A stretch of DNA of 64,000 bases, taken from Macrostomum lignano. Taxonomy: Eukaryota. The position numbers and the translations under genes were made by a program. The stretch spans positions 558,001 through 622,000 of the forward strand of contig NIVC01000166.1 in assembly GCA_002269645.1 (NCBI GenBank). Reading direction: 5' to 3'. Of this stretch, positions 56,311 through 64,000 are shown in pieces. The notes beneath the pieces were generated by a model. It worked only from the letters and a program-made list of their open reading frames with translations. It was not told the origin of the DNA and did no database searches. Position 1 is the first letter of the stretch; each line of letters opens with the position of its first letter.

Positions 56311-57214
56311 GATCAAGCTCAAAAATTCTTCCACAGAGACTCAAGTGTCGCCTGAAGTTTCTGTTGCTTTATCTAGATCCTTTTTATTTCACTTATTGCC
56401 CATTGTATCCTCCTCAAAACGAACTGATATTCAGTCAGAGCCTTGAGGTTTCAAATCGATTTATCAGCTTATTAAAAATTTTAATTTTTTGTTTGATGAT
56501 TTTTATCTGTCACTGGTTTAATTTTAAAAAAAGTTAAAATATAATAAATCAAAATTTTCTTTTATAAAAGCAACCAATATTTGTGCTGTCTTTCTGACAG
56601 TAGCATGGTGAAGTGTTTTTACATTGAATATTCATCGCTAAGTTTTTAATTTAAATTGCTGTACATTGTCTTCTTTTTTGTCTTCTTCTGTGTTCCAAAG
56701 TTTGTTCACTAACCTCTGCTTGTTAATAGAAGGTTATATTGTTTTCATTCTATTCAGAGAATTGTTGCAAGATCAGAGATTAAACTATTTTTATTGGTTG
56801 TTGGGCAGAATTTTTTTAATTGTTTGTTTCCTGTTGATTTATTTTAGTTTTAATGATGAATGGAGTAGGCTATTTTTAGTATTGAATAAGTTTTGCGACC
56901 TTAATCTAGTTTTGCGCAGGAAAAATCGGTTGTTTATTCTTGCCAGTCAAAGTACTTTTTAACTGGTGTTCCTGGTCGATCATGGACTCCCAGTTTTAGC
57001 AAAGATACTAGAATAAATCGCAGTTAACGTTGTGAAGTATGAAAAAGTAGAGCGTCTACTCTGTGTTCAGTAGTTCGTCTGCGCAGTGTCACTTATAAAT
57101 TTAATATAACAGTTAAAATTCCTTTTTTCCTCAGGATTTGCAGCCTCAGGAGTATGTGGGGTTAAGAATGAACAACAAGCATTTAACTCAATGTGCAAAA
57201 GTGAACGCAAAACG

Positions 57215-57870
57215 GACGAAACTCAGCTTAGGGGCGAGCGGGGGCAGACCCAAGGATGATATATAACAACTGTATTGTCAAACTACTCCATCTATAAGGG
57301 TTGAATATGCCTAAAATGTGACTCACCAAACCCCTGCTTCCAGCTCATTGGCTGCTATTTTTAGCTCACTTGCTATGCCAAACTATGTAAAAACATTGCC
57401 TGGTGGTTAGAAAACTAGCTAGAACGGGAGGGCTCGCGGGGGGGAAGAGAGATAAATGCAGGGGTGTGTTTGCAAGGTTGTTATCTTCCTAGTGTATTTA
57501 AAACCCTCCAGCCAATGAGCATAAAAAAGGGGATTTGCGGGTCAAAATTTAAGCATGCTTTAGTGCTAGTCTGACAATCCAGCTGTTATATATCATCCTT
57601 GGGCCCAATCTAGCTCAGCCAATGAGAGAGCTGTAAGGTGAAAGTCAGATGGACGAAACTCAGCCTAGGGGACAGGCGCAATCTAGCTCAGCCAATGAGA
57701 GAGCAGAAAGGATAGAGGTGAAAGTCAGATAGACGAAAATCAGCCTAGGGGGCAGGCCCAATCTGGCTCAGCCAATCAGAAAGCAAAAAGGATAGAGGTG
57801 AAAGTCAGACAGACGAAAATCAGCCTAGGGGGCAGGCCCAATCTGGCTCAGCCAATTCGTTCCGTTAGTT
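57215..57870. repeat. Inverted-repeat element (57250-57275 / 57579-57603) followed by ~75-bp CCAAT-containing tandem units
   Basis: CCCAAGGATGATATATAACAACTG vs CAGCTGTTATATATCATCCTTGGG; repeated CCCAATCTGGCTCAGCCAAT. Confidence 0.65.
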
Positions 57871-57915
57871 TTTCAATACCCAACGCCACGCCATGCCCGC
57901 TCCCGCTCTTTTTGC

Positions 57916-58803
57916 ATGGGCAACCCGCAGCGCCTGCTATGCTGGGCAGTGGCCGCGGCCTTGCTAGCCTTTCTCGCATCCTATTGGCTGACGGGCCATC
58001 AGCTGGCCAGCCAATCAGTGGAGGCCGTGGCCAAGGCGGCAGCCTTAACCGCCAGTTCGCTATCTCGCGTAGCCAGCAGCGCTGATAACAGACGGGCGGA
58101 TCATTCCAGGCGAGCCAGGGTTGCCGTCGGTCTCGGTGCCAATGTGGACGTTCGAGCCAGTCCCGATCGCTTCTTGGCGTTGCTGGCTGCTCACGGAGGC
58201 GCTGCCATGGCAACGAAGGATGCAAATAACAAACGGATTGATCGGTAAAATTCAAAAGTTTCTTTTTTATCTTTAAAAACGCAAATTTTGCTACTAAAAT
58301 AAACGCATATTTTTGCAAGTAGCATATCTAAATATTCTAGTATGTGGGGACTGGACAAACTAAAAGAACTTCCCCACACCGCCACACATCCGCCGTCGCA
58401 GGCTTGAAACTGCCTCCGACATTGTGGCGGATTTTCAACAGCGTTCGGCGGGCCGTCAGCCGGCCTCTGAGCGGCACCTTCACAATGCCAGCCTGTTTGC
58501 CGCTCTGGTCGCTGACTTGACGGCCGCTGGTGGCGTCCGCGGCAGCCAGCACCATCACCGGGTGTCTCTGGGCGGATGCCCTGTTCGCCTGGCCAACTCA
58601 CTGGCCGGCTTCGGCTTTAAGGTGCTGCTCGGGGCTGGCCGGGCGGCCGGGCGCATGCGGCACCGGCTGGCCGAGGAAGTCTCGCTTGCTGCCGCTGCGG
58701 CCGAGACCAAAGACTCGGCTGTGGATGTGGATGAGTACCGGTGAGCTGCTGTGTCTGTCTGTCTGACTGTCTGTCTGTCTGACTGTCTGTGTGTCTGTGT
58801 GAC

Positions 58804-58836
<33 letters not shown>

Positions 58837-59597
58837 GACTGTCTGTCTGTCTGTCTGTCTGACTGTCTGTCTGTCTGTCTGACTGACTGTCTGTCTGTCT
58901 GTCTGTCTGACTGTCTGTCTGTCTGTTCGCCTGGCTGCATTAGAATTCCACCAGAGCAGGAACCCCATCGCCATCCCCTCAGGCTGCTAGTGGAGCAAGC
59001 CGACCCCGCCACAGGCGCACACAGCTGGTACGCCCTCCGCCGGAGTCAGTGGAACGCTCAGCTGTCCAGCCTGCGCTCGTTTCAGTCCCGCATGGAGCAG
59101 TTCCAGCCAGACCTTCTCGTGCTGGCGGGCCTTCAGGCCATCCACGACCACCCGCAGTCTGCCGGACTGCTGCGCGATCGCCTGTCCAGCCTGGTGGAGT
59201 TCCTCACCGCCAGCGGCCGAGTGAAGACCCACCTGCGGCTGCCTCCGCTGCCGTCGGATGAGCCGAAGTTCGCTCAGCTGATGCTGGAGTTCGCGGTGCC
59301 CTACGCTGACTCGCTGTTCCTCGATGGCCGCGGCCTGGTGGCTCTGCTGGGCGCCATGGAGACTGGAAATCCGCCAGCTGTACCGGTTGAACCAGCGACT
59401 GTCACCGTCGGCCTGGACCTGCTCCGCCGGTTGTACAGCGTGCTGCGAACTACTTCGGTGATGAATGGGCGCAGGAAAGTCAGCCGGCTGCACCTGCGGA
59501 GTCGGCTGGGATATCAGGCTTTGCTGGTGACTCACAGGTGAGGCATTAGTGGCTTGATTTATGACTCACAGGTCTGGTAACTGACTGACTAACTAAA

Positions 59598-59642
<45 letters not shown>

Positions 59643-59643
59643 G

Positions 59644-59698
<55 letters not shown>

Positions 59699-59699
59699 G

Positions 59700-59730
<31 letters not shown>

Positions 59731-59731
59731 G

Positions 59732-59770
<39 letters not shown>

Positions 59771-59791
59771 GACTGACTAACTAACTAACTG

Positions 59792-59842
<51 letters not shown>

Positions 59843-59871
59843 GACTAACTAACTAACTAACTAACTAACTG

Positions 59872-59918
<47 letters not shown>

Positions 59919-59921
59919 GAA

Positions 59922-59962
<41 letters not shown>

Positions 59963-59967
59963 GACTG

Positions 59968-60016
<49 letters not shown>

Positions 60017-60507
60017 CTCTCACACCCTCACTAATTCACAGAGCCGGCTGGCCTGACCCGGAATCGGCAGTGGCCGCCGCCTCTCTGGCTGCCTATCGTG
60101 CCGCCTGTGGTCGCCATGACGACACCGAAGCCGGCTACAATAGCGTCAGCAATCGTCAAAGTCGTCGCCGTATTCACCCGCGCCTGTTGGGCGACAGCCT
60201 GCCTAGCAACGCAGCTGTCAGTCCCAACTTTGGCTTCGGCTTTGCCAAAAGCAGCGAGCCGGATTTCTTCGACAACTGGCTGGCTTTGAATGCCACTCGG
60301 CCGGTGGGCTGCTGGACCGAGTCGCCGGATTTCACCGTCTGCCTTTCGCTGGCGCCGACTTGCGTTGGCGGCCACGGCGGCGGCGGCGGCGGCGGAGGCA
60401 CCGCGGCTATCGCTGCAGGCGATGCCTCGTTTGCCGCGGAGGCTGCGGCGCTGGCGGCCCAGCTGGGACCAGCGGAGCCGATCGTGTTTCAGCCGCCTGG
60501 AGGCTGA
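57916..60507 (+). CDS. ADPGK: Divergent ADP-dependent glucokinase-like protein, 4 exons, 575 aa
   Basis: Exons 57916-58244, 58402-58740, 58944-59537, 60042-60507 in phase (1728 nt); N-terminal signal/TM, RVAVGLGANVDV, ASERH, LGGCP, FQPDLLVLAGL, LNATRPVGCW, AGDA. Confidence 0.8.
58745..58925. repeat. (CTGT)n microsatellite
   Basis: Fills intron 2 of the ADPGK-like gene. Confidence 0.97.
59580..60015. repeat. (CTAA)n microsatellite
   Basis: Fills intron 3 of the ADPGK-like gene. Confidence 0.97.
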
Positions 60508-60589
60508 ACTTTAATATTCCACTCTGCTGCGTTAACAGTATCACTTTAGTCTGTAAAATTCTGCTGTAACTTCTTCCTAGTTAATAATA

Positions 60590-60834
60590 TATATTAAAAG
60601 TCAGCTTAGCCGCAGCTATTGCGTGGCGCATCCTGGAGACTGTGTACGGCTGTTCAGTCCAAGGACTGGGAGGGGGTCGCCACAACCACCCTCAATTACC
60701 CATTTTACAGCTGGGTGAACTGAAGCAATGCAGAGTTAAACGTGTCTTGCTCGGGGACACAAATTGTTCCGAGTGGGTCGGGAATCGAACCCCCAACCAT
60801 TCAGTCTACAGTCTACCACTAGGCTACAGTCCCC
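60590..60834 (-). mobile_element. tRNA-derived SINE, family A, copy 2
   Basis: TAGCCTAGTGG A box, GGTTCGATTCC B box, CACCCAGCTGTAAAATGGG core; homologous to 2146-2398. Confidence 0.82.
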
Positions 60835-61886
60835 TTTTTATAAGTTCCCTAGTTAGAAACTAAATGGAATTCAGATTATGATTCAAGGACTACTTAAGTA
60901 GAAGGACGGGAAATCTCGTTTCTTTTAAAATTGTAGTACACAGGTTTTTCCGTAAAGATACATTACGGAGATAGGAAGTTTTCATTTTTAAGCTCAAAAT
61001 CTGTTATTGCTTTTAATAGAAGGCGGAACCAATGTTCATCTTTTGATATGTTTGGCCTTTCCTATAGTTTAGAAAATTAGAAATCTATGTTAAAGTCACA
61101 TGTAGAAATCGCGTGTTTAAAATGGGGTTCCTTTTTGAATCTGTAAGCAGTACCTACTTGTGAGCTAACTAACTACGGTAAGTAGTATAAGCAGCATTTG
61201 AAACTTGCGCAGTTAAAGTTTACAGGCAATGCTTTGAGATTCTGTTGTTGTTGTATATACTACTGTTTTATCTGCTTAGTGAGTAGGATGTACTTTTTAT
61301 AAATTGAATAATGCGTTTTTTATCTTACGATCCCAGTTCTTTACGACTATAAGCGATTATGTTGACTTGTAAAAGTTGTCAGTTCCTTCCATCTAATAGC
61401 TTTTTATCTGTTCATTATTTCTATATTTAGTAAGTCAAAATACATATCTGTGTAATGTTTATGCAACTATCAACATCTTTCTGGCATATACGAGCTAAAT
61501 GTAATAAAACGGTTTGAAATTTTTTTAACGCCAAAGCTGTTTATCGGCTGTCATGCATTCCAACTAAGCTGAGATTAAATATTGATTGCTCTTAAATCTA
61601 TTCCTCTTTTCCTCATGGTCACATGAGACTAAAAGTCTTCATCACAGGTTGACTTTCTGGACTGAAAATAATTGACATGACAGCTTTGGACGAGTTAAGC
61701 GTGTGTACTTTTGGCTTAGCAACTAATGTCTTCTACAGCTTCTGTCTGTGGCCGTTACCCCCCCCCCACTCACTAGGCAGTGAGAAATCTTTTCTGCAGT
61801 CAAAGGCAAAACTTTCTACGCTGCCAATCTGTTTGCTTGAAAGCCAGCCATTTCGAAGGCGACTTCGGCTAATTTGATAACACAGA

Positions 61887-63025
61887 ATGGCTCCGGACGA
61901 CAAATCTGCCAACAATCGAGTCGAGCTGGACATCTCAACAGACAGCTCGGACAATGCTCAGCCGTCCAGACCGAAGCGGATTCGGCGACCTGGCGAAGAC
62001 GGCTGGTTGAAGACGTTTCACGATCCGAACGCCGACAGGAGCCTGTTGGATTCGCTGCGCCGTTGCGAGTTGAACCCTGACCTGCCGAGGATGCGGAGGC
62101 TCAACTGTTACTGCGGCACCGCGGTGCACCGGCAGGACAGCTGGCACGTGATGGTGCTTGACGGCACTCTGGTGTGCAACGGCTGCGCCCGCTGCCACTG
62201 TTGCGGCCGCCAATCAGTGCCAAATAGTCGCAAACTGGTCTCCGTTGACGGTTTCGTGCTGTGCTACACCTGCCTGCACATATACGGTCACTTTAGGCAG
62301 CCTAAACTGCGGATTCGCGTGCAGGCCATCGCTGTGAAGGTGCGCTTCATGGTCCACTGCGTGGAATCCAGGGGAAAAATATCTAGGGTTATGATATGAT
62401 GTACAATAGGGCATCAGCACCAAGAGACAACAACCAGAGCCTCCCATGAGGCTTTATTTAGTAAGCTGAACATAGAGCTCAGCGATGTAATTAGGAGTGG
62501 ATTTTATAATGGAGTAGATACAAGTGCAATAGCGGGGATCTGCTCGCACTACAGGACCCGCTGCAGTCCAACACAGACCAATCCACCTCTGTCGCTGCTG
62601 TCCCCGACAACGTGAGCAACAGCGAGTACTATGACCTCAACGTGCCGCGGACCAACCGCTGCTGCTACACTCCGAAAGACGACAGCCGTAGGCGCGTCAG
62701 AATCGAGCGCTATTACGACCCGCCGGTGCGTCGACTGCCGTTCGAAGACGACCCGTGCGTTGTGCCGCCGACCTACCTGGCCGAGGACAGCGGCCGCCGG
62801 CAGATGGTCTGTCCGGCCTGCAACAGCATCGCCCTGGGACCGTCCGCCTACACAGTGCCAGCAATGGCCCAAGTCTACCACAAGCGCTGCTTCCGCTGCT
62901 GCAACTGCAGGGAGAGCCTGTCGTGCGGAGTGCAGGTTGCTGGCATCAGCTTCGAGTATTGCGCCTGCGAGGTGCCGCTGGTCTGGTGCACCAAGCCCGC
63001 GTGTCAGACGGCTAGGTGGGTTTGA
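61887..63025 (+). CDS. Two-LIM-like zinc-binding protein, 2 exons, 307 aa
   Basis: Exons 61887-62339 and 62555-63025, phase 0; LIM2 CPAC-x19-HKRCFRCCNC; LIM1 atypical CYC...CNGCARCHCC...CYTC. Confidence 0.72.
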
Positions 63026-63105
63026 AAGCCAGCAGTGCACTTTCTCTTAACAGGATCGTTGATTCAACATTGACGCCAACCCCCAAGGCACAGAGAGTGT
63101 CAAAG

Positions 63106-63655
63106 AGTATAGAGGTCACCTAGTATAGAGTGCCAATAAGGATGAAAAACTGAAGCCGATTTTTAGAATCCACCCACCACCTCCGGTCACCAAGCTTTTT
63201 AGTCTATGGCACAAGTTGTGGCTAGAATGGTACAAAGCCGATGCTCAGAAATATAAGACATTTCACACTTAGAAAATGCATGTATCAAATAAGCAAGACA
63301 ACATCGCTCAGTCACCAGACTCAGTTGCCGTCGTCGATACGCAGCTCCGTAACAGCCATGCCATGTAGCCCTTACGTCTGAACAACAACAGCCATGCCAC
63401 TAAAGTGCGCGGTAGCTAATTGCAATAACTGCGTTTCTGATGCATCTGTATCCTTTCGTCAAAGGACGTCGATCGTCTGAGATCTGTGTATGTATATGTC
63501 TATGTATATTTCTAAGCATCGGCTTTGTACCATTCTAGCCACAACTTGTGCCATAGACTAAAAAGCTTGGTGACCGGAGGGGTGGGTGGATTCTAAAAAT
63601 CGGCTTCAGATTTTCGTCCTTATTGGCACTCTATTCTAGGCGACCTCAAAACTCT
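63106..63655. mobile_element. MITE with ~150-bp inverted repeats
   Basis: 63106-63256 is the near-perfect reverse complement of 63505-63655; exact ends and TSD unclear. Confidence 0.8.
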
Positions 63656-63660
63656 GGAGA

Positions 63661-63790
63661 CTGTACATGCCTGACGATTAGAAAGCCAAAAGGCCGCTGT
63701 ACACCCTGTGACGCTGTGTGAGCGTGTGCATGAGTGATCAGGAGTCTGCGGAATGGCAGAATTTCCTCACCGCTAGTTGTTAGGATCATG
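63661..63790 (+). mobile_element. SINE family B, diverged partial copy 3
   Basis: TGTACATGCCTGACGAT...GGCCGCTGTACAC...GCGGAATGG matches the reverse complement of 10820-10950. Confidence 0.6.
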
Positions 63791-64000
63791 CCGCCGAACA
63801 AATCCCAAACAATAGCCTCGGACCGTACCGTCAGTTATCGAATCCAGCGGGTTTGGCCGAGACCTTTCTAGAGCTTGCGTGGACACTCCATTAAAAACGA
63901 ACATTTGAGCATGCAGTGAATTGGACATCAATAAACGCCCCCCCCCCCAAATTCCAATTCCAACCGCGCAGATATCTTCACCACAAAGTCAGCAAGTGCC

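Noticed and set aside
63668-63700. Minimal hammerhead-like CTGACGA-TTA-GAAA with a GCC/GGC stem
   Set aside because: No U at the NUH position, and the other SINE-B copies do not conserve the core

Overview
Eukaryotic (metazoan) genomic DNA, not prokaryotic. It has GC-rich, Ala/Ser-rich exons separated by AT-rich GT-AG introns packed with micro- and minisatellites. The style is consistent with a free-living flatworm such as Macrostomum, but this is inference only. Six spliced host genes could be reconstructed with in-phase junctions: SCAMP (-), a PAXX-like NHEJ factor (+), a long coiled-coil protein (+), an RNFT1/2-like RING-TM ligase (+), a divergent ADP-dependent glucokinase-like protein (+) and a two-LIM-like protein (+). 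Mobile DNA includes a full-length 5.4 kb LOA/R1-type LINE with a 14-bp TSD, a decayed Merlin (IS1595-like) transposon, Tc1/mariner derivatives, a second LINE fragment, several MITEs and two tRNA-SINE families. The most unusual observation is a ~300-bp DNA MITE (14-bp TIR, 8-bp TSD, two copies). It carries a ~62-nt 28S rRNA H69-H71-like segment that diverges mainly at the R2/I-PpoI cleavage site. Also notable are TAATG stop-start coupling in the LINE, an acidic/basic tail on PAXX, and loss of catalytic motifs in the ADPGK-like protein. No databases or programs were run; all family calls come from recalled motifs.
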